DNA of 64,000 nt from Myxococcales bacterium (lineage in GTDB: Bacteria; Myxococcota_A; Polyangia; GCA-2747355). The notes beneath the pieces are model-generated. The model was given only the letters and a program-made list of their open reading frames with translations. It was not told the origin of the DNA and did no database searches. A program made the position numbers and the translations under genes. Numbering within the stretch: position 1 is the stretch's first letter; each line of letters opens with the position of its first letter. Of this stretch, positions 48,417 to 57,819 are shown piece after piece. Location of the stretch: the NCBI GenBank assembly GCA_020431405.1, contig JAGQIK010000493.1, positions 7,121 to 71,120 of the forward strand, in the 5' to 3' direction.

Positions 48417-48983
48417 ATGATCACCTGGCTGCGCGACTTCGTCACGCGCGTCGGCGGCATGATCGTCGCGCCGCGCAGCACGCTCGAGGCGTTGCGTGAC
48501 GGGCAGCTGCGCGGCGGTCTGACGGATCTCGTGGTGCTGGCGCTGCTGCAGCTCGTCGCCATGCGCCTGCCCACCGTGGTCTCGCACGTGCTGTTCATGA
48601 ACGACGTCGGTTTCGCCGACGGGCTGCTGATGCTGCTCAACTTCGTCGCGCGCGGCCTCTTCATTCCGGTGCTGGCGACGCTCGCCGGAGCGGTGGTGGT
48701 CGGACTCGGCACGAGCTACTCGATCTTCGGCTCGCGCGAAGAGGGCGACCCCGAATCAGATGCTGCGAGCGACGCACCGCTGCCGGCGCTCGACTTCGCC
48801 GCGCTGTGCGCGCTGCCCGCCGTGGCGCTGCAAACCGTGGTCGCCCTGTGGGTGCGCCTCGGCGCGCCGACGCCGCCGCGCTACAGCATGATGGCCGTGG
48901 CGGCGCTGTGGTTCGTGGTGCTGCTGGTGCTGGCGCGGCTAACCGACCGGCGCGCGCAGCGCGATGGTGGCTCGACACCATGA
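48417..48983 (+). CDS. Multi-pass membrane protein (Yip1-like topology)
   Basis: Four to five hydrophobic segments. No recognisable catalytic motif. Confidence 0.4.
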   Translation: MITWLRDFVTRVGGMIVAPRSTLEALRDGQLRGGLTDLVVLALLQLVAMRLPTVVSHVLFMNDVGFADGLLMLLNFVARGLFIPVLATLAGAVVVGLGTSYSIFGSREEGDPESDAASDAPLPALDFAALCALPAVALQTVVALWVRLGAPTPPRYSMMAVAALWFVVLLVLARLTDRRAQRDGGSTP

Positions 48984-49020
48984 CTGCGTTTATGCTTCGC
49001 GAGCGAGAGCACGGGTTCTA

Positions 49021-49590
49021 ATGGAGCAGCGACGCGTCAAATCATTCGTCAGCGGCATGGCCGTGATGCTCGTCATCGCGGCGCTGGTCGTGATCAACGG
49101 CCGCTGGTCGCTCGAGCACTGCGGCAAGCTGCGCGGCCCGGTGCCGGGCAAAGACGCGCCGGCCTTTCAGCTGCCCAAGCCCGACGGCAAGACGCTGGTC
49201 AAGCTCGGCGATCTGCGCGGCAAGGTCGCGCTGCTCGACTTCTGGGCCACCTGGTGCAAGCCGTGTCTGCGCAAGATGCCCCAGCTCGAGGCGCTGCAGC
49301 GCGAGCTGGGCAAGCGCGGCCTGCAGGTGGTCGGCATCAACGTCGAGGGATCACCCGAGCGGGTGCGCCGCTTCATGGAGGCGCGCGCGCGCCGCTTCAA
49401 GGACGCCAAGGCGCCCGGCGTGATGATGCTCGTCGATGACGGCCGCGTCAGCGCGAGCTACGGCGTGCGCACCCTGCCGCACGTCGCCGTCGTCGACCGC
49501 AAGGGCAAGCTCGTGCACGTGCAGGTCGGCGCGCGCGGCCATGATCGCCTGCGTGCCGCCGTGCTCGCCGCGCTCGAAGACGGCAAGTAG
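49021..49590 (+). CDS. TlpA-like thiol:disulfide oxidoreductase (redoxin) with an N-terminal membrane anchor
   Basis: LLDFWATWCKPCLRKMP active site. Anchor VSGMAVMLVIAALVVI. Met at 49021 within ORF 48964..49590. Confidence 0.82.
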   Translation: MEQRRVKSFVSGMAVMLVIAALVVINGRWSLEHCGKLRGPVPGKDAPAFQLPKPDGKTLVKLGDLRGKVALLDFWATWCKPCLRKMPQLEALQRELGKRGLQVVGINVEGSPERVRRFMEARARRFKDAKAPGVMMLVDDGRVSASYGVRTLPHVAVVDRKGKLVHVQVGARGHDRLRAAVLAALEDGK

Positions 49591-49597
49591 CGTCCGT

Positions 49598-50635
49598 CTA
49601 GCGCCGCCGGCGTCGTCCGCGCGTCAGCAGCGCCAACGCGAGCAGCGAAAGGCACAGCCAGCCCGCGGTTGGCGGGCTCGACCGAGGGCTCGATCCGACG
49701 GAGCAGCCGCCGCTCGGTGCCTGGCCGTCGGGCGCGAGGCCAGGGCCCTGCGTGGCGAGCACGCACAGCCGCTCGCCGCCGGCGCCGGTCTCGCACGATG
49801 CGCCGGCGAACGGACAGCTGCTGTTGTCGCAGCGCTGCGTGCAGTAGCGCGTGTTGAAGGCCGAGTCTTGCAGACACAGCCCGCTGCTGCAGTCGGTGGA
49901 GGCGTTGCACAGCGCGCCGAACGAGCCCGCGCCGCCGCCGCCGCCAGGTGTGGGCGTCGGCGTCGTCGGCGTCGGCGGTGTGCCGCCCGGATCAGGCGTG
50001 CCCGGCGTGCCGCCGGGGTCGGGCGTCGTGCCGCCGCCGGCCGTCGCGGTGACGGCGACCGACGCTTGGCCGGCGTTGCCCGAGGCGTCTCGGGCCACGG
50101 CGGAGAGCACGTGCGCACCTGGCTCGAGCGTGATCGTGAACTCGTAGGGCGCTGCGTTGAGCGTCGAGACCGGCTGGTCGTCGACGCGCAGCTCCACCGA
50201 GGCGACACCTTGGTCATCGGACGCGTTGACGACGACTTTCACCGAGCCCGAGAGGCTCGCGCCCGCAGACGGCGAGGTGATCATCACCGACGGCGGCGTC
50301 GTGTCGCCGCTCGGCGGTGGGCCGGCATCAGGCGTGGGTGGTGGCGGCGTCGTGCCGCCGACGTTCTTGCGGCAGACCATGCCGAGGTTGCTGGTCTGGC
50401 AGAGGTCGCCGCCGGGACAGTCGCTGTCCTGGCTGCAGCTCGAGGAGCAATACGAGGCGGTCTTGGCGGTGTCGTACGCGCAGATTTGGGACGCACAATC
50501 GGTGTGCGTCGAGCAGGTCTGGCCGTAGGGGCATCCAGCCCCTCCGCTTCCGCCTCAGCCGGCAAGCGCGGCGCGCGCGCTGGCGAAGGTCAGGAAGAAC
50601 GACAGCAGGCTAGTGAGAAGGACGGCGGGGCGCAT
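49598..50635 (-). pseudogene. Cys-rich/Ig-like surface protein with a MYXO-CTERM-type tail; the frame is interrupted by an in-frame TGA at the predicted lipobox cysteine
   Basis: ATG 50635 gives MRPAVLLTSLLSFFLTFASARAALAG-TGA(50557-50555)-GGSGGAGCPYGQTCSTHTDC... in the same frame as ORF 49598..50380. The C-terminus is GGCSVG...WLCLSLLALALLTRGRRRRR. Confidence 0.6.
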
Positions 50636-50675
50636 CGTGTTCCTTGCTTCCAGCGGCGGCTGCACATACATGTGG

Positions 50676-50690
50676 GCAACCGACATGCCA
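50676..50690 (-). promoter_or_regulatory. Sigma-54-type -24/-12 match in front of the interrupted surface-protein gene
   Basis: Minus strand TGGCATG-TCGG-TTGCC. The predicted TSS (about 50664) leaves a roughly 28-nt leader carrying AAGGA 5 nt before the ATG. Confidence 0.45.
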
Positions 50691-50793
50691 GACAGAACCG
50701 CTGCGATTTCGCACGGAGTGGGTCGCGCCTGCGGTCAACGCCCCCCTGACGCGGTGGCTCGCCGCCCCCGCCAGCAGAGCTGGCGTGTCCCAA

Positions 50794-52158
<1,365 letters not shown>

Positions 52159-52185
52159 ACTGCTACCGCTGCTGTTGCTGCTCGG

Positions 52186-52665
52186 CTAGAAGCCGCGCGC
52201 CGTCGGCATGCCCGCGTCGGGCTGAAAGCAGACCGACAGGCACTGCGGGTCCATAAAGTCGATGGCCTTGGTGTTGAAGCCGAAGCAGGTGGCGCCGCCG
52301 CTGTTGTTGCAGTCGCTGAATGCCTCGCACATCTGCTGCGAGCCGCCAAAGGTGCAGCGCTCGCTGTCGCTCTTGCACTGCCAGCCGCTGGCCTCGATCA
52401 GGCCGAGCAGACACTTGGCGCAGTCGTCGGGCTTGAAGCCGCGGTCCTTGGCGCTGACGCCGAGCGCGCGGCACTCCGCGATGCAGCTGTCTTTCTGGCT
52501 GAAGCAGGGGTTGGTGTCGGGCACGCCGCAGACGGTGTTGCAGGTGTCCTCGACGGCGTCGCTGCTGCTGCAGGCAACCATCGGCAGCGAGGCGCCCACC
52601 ACAGCCAGCGCCGCGACGCCAGCCAACACGGACAGCACGCGAAAAACATGGGTAGAAGGCTTCAT
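52186..52665 (-). CDS. Cys-rich lipoprotein (16 Cys), unknown function
   Basis: Lipobox SLPMVAC. AAGGAG SD. Confidence 0.5.
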   Translation of the reverse strand: MKPSTHVFRVLSVLAGVAALAVVGASLPMVACSSSDAVEDTCNTVCGVPDTNPCFSQKDSCIAECRALGVSAKDRGFKPDDCAKCLLGLIEASGWQCKSDSERCTFGGSQQMCEAFSDCNNSGGATCFGFNTKAIDFMDPQCLSVCFQPDAGMPTARGF

Positions 52666-52723
52666 GGGCTACCGGCTCCTTGGCTCGATGGGTCTCTGCC
52701 ACGACCTGGCCGCGACCGTCAAG

Positions 52724-53521
52724 CTACTGGTCGCTGACGCGATACTCGTGCGACTGCGTGAAGGCCATCGCGATCACCAGCCACGCCAGCGTCACGCCGA
52801 GCACGATGCCCACCGAGAGGCCCACGCCGAGCTGCGGGTCAGCGCTCCAGCCGAGCTTCTGCGTCACGGGTTGATAGAGGCCGGCCACGTTGACCAGGTG
52901 AATGCCCATCGACACCACCTTGAGGCCGCCCGGGATCAGCCCCAGCGCCACGTCGACGAGCAAGACATAGAGCAGCATCGCGACGAATGGATAGGTCACC
53001 ACGAAGGCGCCGAAGGCCACCGCGACGGCGCCAAAATGCACGCACGCGAGCGTGATCGCGGCGAGACTGCGCCCCAGCGCGCCGAAACCGCCGCCGACCT
53101 GCGAGCCCATGCACGCCAGGTAGACCAGCACCACCGACGCCGCGCAGAGCACGATGCTCACGCCGAGCATGCCCACGTACTTGCCCGCCGGCAGCGCCCA
53201 GCGCGCGATCGGGCGTGCGAACAGATAGCCCAGCGTCTTGCCCTGCACTTCGTCGGCGACGCTGTTGGCCGCCTGCAGCGCCATCAACGTGGGCACCAGG
53301 TAGCGCACGTAGACCGGCACGACGATGTCGAAGAACACCAGGCCGCCGCGATCCGAAAGCAGCGCGAGCAGGCCCGCCAGCGGCGGCACGCACAACACGC
53401 CGATCAGCACCTTGTAGAGGTTGGCGCGGCGCGCGCGCTTGAGCGAGAGCGCGGCGATGAGCGCTACCACGGAGCCGGCCGACGGAAGTCGCGTCGCGGT
53501 CGTTTGTTTGCCTGCAGCCAT
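52724..53521 (-). CDS. ABC-2-type transporter permease
   Basis: Six hydrophobic segments. Immediately follows an ABC ATPase (2-nt gap). Confidence 0.65.
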   Translation of the reverse strand: MAAGKQTTATRLPSAGSVVALIAALSLKRARRANLYKVLIGVLCVPPLAGLLALLSDRGGLVFFDIVVPVYVRYLVPTLMALQAANSVADEVQGKTLGYLFARPIARWALPAGKYVGMLGVSIVLCAASVVLVYLACMGSQVGGGFGALGRSLAAITLACVHFGAVAVAFGAFVVTYPFVAMLLYVLLVDVALGLIPGGLKVVSMGIHLVNVAGLYQPVTQKLGWSADPQLGVGLSVGIVLGVTLAWLVIAMAFTQSHEYRVSDQ

Positions 53522-53523
53522 CG

Positions 53524-54486
53524 CTACTGCGCCACGCCTTTGGGCCCGCGGTCGCGGGTCAGGTAGTCGAAGACCGCCTGGAGGTTGTTGTCGGGGCTCG
53601 TCAGCGCGCGGATCTTGACGCCGTGCTCGAGCGCCAGCCGCGGCAGCAGCGGATAGCAGCTGTCGGGGTCGCGCGTCTCGATCAGCAGCGCGTCATCGGC
53701 GGGGAAGCTCAGCGCGTGCACCGAGCCGTCGCGCACGGCCTCGCTGGCCAGCGCGCGCGGGTTGTCGCAGTCGACGCGGATCTGGTGCGGGTGCTCGTCG
53801 ATCATCTCGCGGATGCGATAGACGTTGCCCTCGGCGAGCACCTGCCCCTTGTAGATGAGCAGGATCTCCTCGGTCATCGACTCGACCTCGTGCAGGATGT
53901 GGCTCGAGACGATGACCGTCTTGCCGGCGCGGCCGAGGTCGCGGATCAGCTTGACCACCGCGGCGCGCGCCACCGGGTCGCAGCCGGTGAGCGGCTCGTC
54001 GAAGAGCAACAGCTCGGGGTCGTGCACGATGGCCTGCGCGAGCTTGACGCGCTGCCGCATGCCCTTGGAGTACTGGCCCACGGGGCGATGGCGCGCGTCG
54101 GCGAGGCCGAGCCGATCGAGCGCTTCGCCGGCGCGCTTCTCGGCGCTGGCGGCGTCCATGCCCGAGAGGCGTGCCATCACGGTGACAAACTCGAGACCCG
54201 ACAGGTCGCCGTAGACGCCGTCGTGCTCGGGGCAGTGCCCGATGCGTGCGAGAAGCGCGCGGTTGCCCCAGATGCCCTCGCCGAGCACCGTGACCTTGCC
54301 CTTGGAGGGGCGCAGCGCGCCGCGCAGAAGGCGCAGCAGCGTCGACTTGCCGGCGCCGTTGGGCCCGAGCAGCCCCGTGACGCCGGCGTTGATGTTGGCG
54401 TTGATGTCGTTGACGCCGACGATGCGGCCGTACCACTTCGAGACGTGGTCGCAGACCACGGCGGGCGTCGTGCTCGCGGCGCTCAC
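53524..54486 (-). CDS. ABC transporter ATP-binding protein
   Basis: GTG 54486 overlaps the upstream stop (GTGA). Walker A GPNGAGKST, signature YSKGMRQR, Walker B LLLFDEP. The rest of ORF 53524..55251 is a frame artefact. Confidence 0.88.
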   Translation of the reverse strand: MSAASTTPAVVCDHVSKWYGRIVGVNDINANINAGVTGLLGPNGAGKSTLLRLLRGALRPSKGKVTVLGEGIWGNRALLARIGHCPEHDGVYGDLSGLEFVTVMARLSGMDAASAEKRAGEALDRLGLADARHRPVGQYSKGMRQRVKLAQAIVHDPELLLFDEPLTGCDPVARAAVVKLIRDLGRAGKTVIVSSHILHEVESMTEEILLIYKGQVLAEGNVYRIREMIDEHPHQIRVDCDNPRALASEAVRDGSVHALSFPADDALLIETRDPDSCYPLLPRLALEHGVKIRALTSPDNNLQAVFDYLTRDRGPKGVAQ

Positions 54487-55397
54487 GCGAAGACCTCGAC
54501 CTTCTCGAGCCGCGCGCGCAGCACCAACGCCGAGCCGAAACACACCGCGAGCAGCACGCCGAGCGGCGCGGCGACCGGTACGTCGTAGCTCGGCGTGACG
54601 CCAAACAGCCACTGCGCCACCAGCCGTAGGTCGGTAGGCAGCGAGATCAACGCCACGTAGGGCATGTCGGCAGTGGACGCCGTCGCCTCGCCCAGCGGCC
54701 ATGGCAAAAAGAACAGCGCCGCCCAGCCGCCCATCACGTGGCCCGTCTTCGAGGTCAGCGAGCTGAGCGCCAGCGCCGGCAGCGTCAGCGTGCCCGCGAA
54801 GAGCAGGGCGTACATCAGCACGGCGAGCAGGATCGGCAGCGACTTGAGCGCGTCGTCGCTGCCCGACGCCAGCGACAGGCGCATCACGCCGAGCAGAAAG
54901 CCCGGGCCCGCGGCGAGCACGGCGATCAGCGTGCTGATGGCGATCAGCTTGCCCACGGCGTAGTGGCTCTTGCTCACCGGGCGCGCGAAGTAGAAATGAA
55001 ACGCGCCCGTGCGCACGTCGTCCGAGATCGCCGGCGCCGCCACGAGCATGCTCATGGCGAAGCCAAACCACAGCTGACACCAGTAGACGCAGTTGTAGAT
55101 CCACTGCTCCGGCGGCGAGCCGAGGTTGTACTTGAAGCTGCTCGCCGCCAGCGCCTTGGCCGCCTGCAGCTTGAAGTACATCACCACCGCGCAGATCAGC
55201 AGCGGCAGCATGCCGACGATCAGCACCGCCTTGACCAGCCCGCCGCGCCAAAAGAGCGCCAAGTGCTGCTTGGCGAGCACCGCGTAGCGCCGCCGCGGCG
55301 GCAGGCGAGGGCCGTCGTAGCGCGCGTAGCCGAGGTCGCGGATGCCTGCGCTTTTGCTCTCGGCGATGCCTGCGCTTTTGTTCTCGGCGTCGGCCAT
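54483..55397 (-). CDS. ABC-2-like membrane permease
   Basis: Multi-pass membrane profile. ATG overlaps the upstream stop (ATGA). The N-terminus contains a duplicated AE(N/S)KSAGI octapeptide, encoded by a 2 x 24-nt tandem repeat at 55341-55388. Confidence 0.6.
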   Translation of the reverse strand: MADAENKSAGIAESKSAGIRDLGYARYDGPRLPPRRRYAVLAKQHLALFWRGGLVKAVLIVGMLPLLICAVVMYFKLQAAKALAASSFKYNLGSPPEQWIYNCVYWCQLWFGFAMSMLVAAPAISDDVRTGAFHFYFARPVSKSHYAVGKLIAISTLIAVLAAGPGFLLGVMRLSLASGSDDALKSLPILLAVLMYALLFAGTLTLPALALSSLTSKTGHVMGGWAALFFLPWPLGEATASTADMPYVALISLPTDLRLVAQWLFGVTPSYDVPVAAPLGVLLAVCFGSALVLRARLEKVEVFA

Positions 55398-56332
55398 CAG
55401 CTTGCCGCGCTCTTTCGTTGCGCCAACACGTCGAGGAACGCGTCCTCGAAGCTAGCTTTGCGCCGCTCGAGGTGGCGCACTTGCACGTTGGCGTCGAGCG
55501 CCACGCGAAAGATCGCGTCGGCGTCCTCGCCCGGAGGTACGCGTACCTGCAGCATGCCGCTGTCGAGGTCGAGCAGCGCCTGACAGCCGCCCGCCTCGAG
55601 CGCTTCGCGCAGCGTCTTCGCTTCGGCCGTGCCCTTGGTGCGCACCTGGTAGTAGTCGCTGTCCTTGCCCTGCATCGCGTCGATGCCGCCGTGGTGGATA
55701 AGCTCCCCCTCGGCGAGCACGATCACGCGCTCGCAGACCGCCTCGACGTCGCGCAATAGGTGCGACGAGAGGATCACCGAGCAGCCGCGCCGCTCGGGCA
55801 GCTGCTTGATCAGCGTCAGCATCTCGTCGCGCCCCTGCGGGTCGAGCCCGTTGGTGGGCTCGTCGAGCAGCAGCAGATCGGGGTCGTGCACGAGCGCCTG
55901 GGCGAGCTTGACGCGCTGGCGCTGGCCGGTGCTGTAGGCCTGCACCTTGAGGTAGCGCTTGTCGCCGAGGCCGGTGTATTCGAGCACGGCGTTGGCGCGC
56001 TGGCGCGCCTCGGCCGGCGGCAGGCCGCACAGCTCGCCGGCGTAGGCGCACGTGTCGACCGCGTCGAGCTTGGCGATGTAGCAGTCGTTCTCCGGCATGT
56101 AGCCGATGCGCTGGCGCAGCTCGAGCGAGCGCTGGGTTGGATCCTCGCCGAGCACGCGCACCGAGCCGGCGGTGGGCTTGACCAGCCCGAGCAGGATCTT
56201 GAGCAGCGTCGACTTGCCGGCGCCGTTGGGTCCGAGCAGCCCGATGCTGCCCGGCTCGGTCGACAGGTCCATCGTCTTGAGCGCGTGGACCGCCCCGTAG
56301 TGCTTGTCTACGCCTTGTAGTTCAAGAAGCAT
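55397..56332 (-). CDS. ABC transporter ATP-binding protein
   Basis: Walker A GPNGAGKST, signature YSTGQRQR, Walker B LLLLDEP. Confidence 0.9.
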   Translation of the reverse strand: MLLELQGVDKHYGAVHALKTMDLSTEPGSIGLLGPNGAGKSTLLKILLGLVKPTAGSVRVLGEDPTQRSLELRQRIGYMPENDCYIAKLDAVDTCAYAGELCGLPPAEARQRANAVLEYTGLGDKRYLKVQAYSTGQRQRVKLAQALVHDPDLLLLDEPTNGLDPQGRDEMLTLIKQLPERRGCSVILSSHLLRDVEAVCERVIVLAEGELIHHGGIDAMQGKDSDYYQVRTKGTAEAKTLREALEAGGCQALLDLDSGMLQVRVPPGEDADAIFRVALDANVQVRHLERRKASFEDAFLDVLAQRKSAAS

Positions 56333-56445
56333 CTCAGGTGCTTGCGCGCTCTTGACAGAGTCGGCTGATCAGGGTACGCACTGCGCCTCGGTGGCCGTGC
56401 GCGCGCGGCGTGCAGGATCGACCGCCGCTTGTATACAGTAGATTG

Positions 56446-56480
56446 GATTGATTCGGCCGCTGACGCGGCAGAATTCTACC
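56446..56480. repeat. Palindromic motif, copy 2 (GATTGATTCGGCCGC-TGAC-GCGGCAGAATTCTACC), 17 nt upstream of the rpsP ATG
   Basis: See copy 1 at 31685..31718. Confidence 0.7.
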
Positions 56481-56496
56481 CCACGGAGACTGTCAG

Positions 56497-56760
56497 ATGT
56501 CTGTAAAGCTGCGCTTGGCACGTGCCGGCGCCAAGAAACGCCCGGTTTACCGCGTCGTCGTCAGCGACACACGCAGCCCGCGCGATGGTCGCTTCATCGA
56601 GCAGATCGGACGATACGATCCAACGCTCGAGCCCGCTGTGTTCGAGATCAAAGACGATCGTCTCGAGCACTGGCTCAGCCACGGCGCTCAGCCCAGCGAG
56701 ACGCTCAACAAGCTGATCCTCAAGCGCCGTCGTGAAGCCGCCAGCGCTCCCAAGGCGTAG
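56497..56760 (+). CDS. rpsP: 30S ribosomal protein S16
   Basis: MSVKLRLARAGAKKRPVYRVVVSDTRSPRDGRFIEQIGRYDP. Confidence 0.97.
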   Translation: MSVKLRLARAGAKKRPVYRVVVSDTRSPRDGRFIEQIGRYDPTLEPAVFEIKDDRLEHWLSHGAQPSETLNKLILKRRREAASAPKA

Positions 56761-56991
56761 CCTCGGCAGCTCATAGCTTGGACGCGACCCGGCGCACATG
56801 TAGCCTGGAATGTCGCGTTATCTTTGCCTGATGGCTGGCGTTTGTCGCGCGCCAAGTCCATGCTGTTACTGTAAGGGAAGCTTTTTTCCGAGCTCCCAGC
56901 GGACTGGGGAGCCAACACACCAGCAGTCCGACAGCACGCGAGCCGTATGCGTGCCGTTTGTCGAGCAAACGACGGCAGTTAGAGGGCAGAG

Positions 56992-57240
56992 ATGAGCGAC
57001 ACCGGGTCCATGAGAGAATTGATCGAGTACATCGCTCGAGCCCTGGTGGACAAGCCCGACGAAGTCAACGTCAGCGAGGTCACCGGAGAGCAGACGTCGG
57101 TCATCGAGCTCAAGGTCGCCAAGGAAGACCTGGGCAAGGTGATCGGCAAGCAGGGCCGCACGGCGCGCGCCATGCGCACCATCCTCAGCGCCGCATCGAC
57201 CAAGATCCGCAAGCGGACGGTGCTCGAGATCATCGAGTAG
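56992..57240 (+). CDS. KH-domain RNA-binding protein (UPF0109/YlqC-like)
   Basis: [10 protein letters not shown]...[29 protein letters not shown]. Operon position between rpsP and rimM. Confidence 0.85.
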   Translation: MSDTGSMRELIEYIARALVDKPDEVNVSEVTGEQTSVIELKVAKEDLGKVIGKQGRTARAMRTILSAASTKIRKRTVLEIIE

Positions 57241-57285
57241 CTCCGCGGCCCCGGCCGCGCCCAGCGAATCACCGATCGTCGCGAC

Positions 57286-57810
57286 GTGCCCGAGGCCCAA
57301 GAGCACATCGAAGTCGGTCTCGTGACCAAGCCCCACGGCGTTCGTGGCGCCGTCAAGCTGCGCCTGCACAACCCTGACAGTGACGCGCTGTCGGACCTCG
57401 GCAGGCTGCACCTCGAGACCAGCAGCGGAGAGCGCCTGCGCATCGAGGGCATCGTCGCCCACAGCGCGGGCAGCCCCGTGGCGCGCGTCGAAGGCGTGGC
57501 GTCGATGGAGGACGCGGAGCGCTTGCGCGGCGCGCGCCTGCTGCTCGAGCGCGATGCCATCGCGCTCGACGATGACGAGTACCTCTACCAGGACCTGGTC
57601 GGCTGCAGCGTGCGCGATGGCGAGCGCGTGCTCGGCGTGGTCAGCGACGTCTTCAGCGCCGGCGCCTCGGACGTGCTCGTGGTGCGCGGCGACGACGGCG
57701 AGCGCATGATCCCGCTGGTGGAGCCATGGGTCGCCAAGGTCGACCTCGAGGCGCGTACTATCGAGGTCCACGGCGCCGCAGAGGCCTTCGAGCCGACAGC
57801 AGCAGGCTGA
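57286..57810 (+). CDS. rimM: 16S rRNA processing protein RimM
   Basis: GTG start. VGLVTKPHGVRGAVKL, PRC-barrel-like C-terminus. Operon position. Confidence 0.88.
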   Translation: MPEAQEHIEVGLVTKPHGVRGAVKLRLHNPDSDALSDLGRLHLETSSGERLRIEGIVAHSAGSPVARVEGVASMEDAERLRGARLLLERDAIALDDDEYLYQDLVGCSVRDGERVLGVVSDVFSAGASDVLVVRGDDGERMIPLVEPWVAKVDLEARTIEVHGAAEAFEPTAAG

Positions 57811-57819
57811 GCACGACTG

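Noticed and set aside
50515-50557. Selenocysteine decoding of the in-frame TGA (a small hairpin starts 12 nt downstream).
   Set aside because: Not adopted as the primary call. A 5-bp hairpin is weak evidence for a SECIS. No sel genes are in the window. A selenocysteine at a lipobox position has no precedent I know of. A TGC-to-TGA mutation or a sequence error is more parsimonious. It is kept as a testable alternative in the findings.
56810-56995. A 61-aa ORF in the rpsP-KH spacer as a small protein gene.
   Set aside because: It has no SD and a Cys/Ser/Arg-rich composition unlike neighbouring genes. It overlaps the predicted hairpins and runs into the KH gene start.
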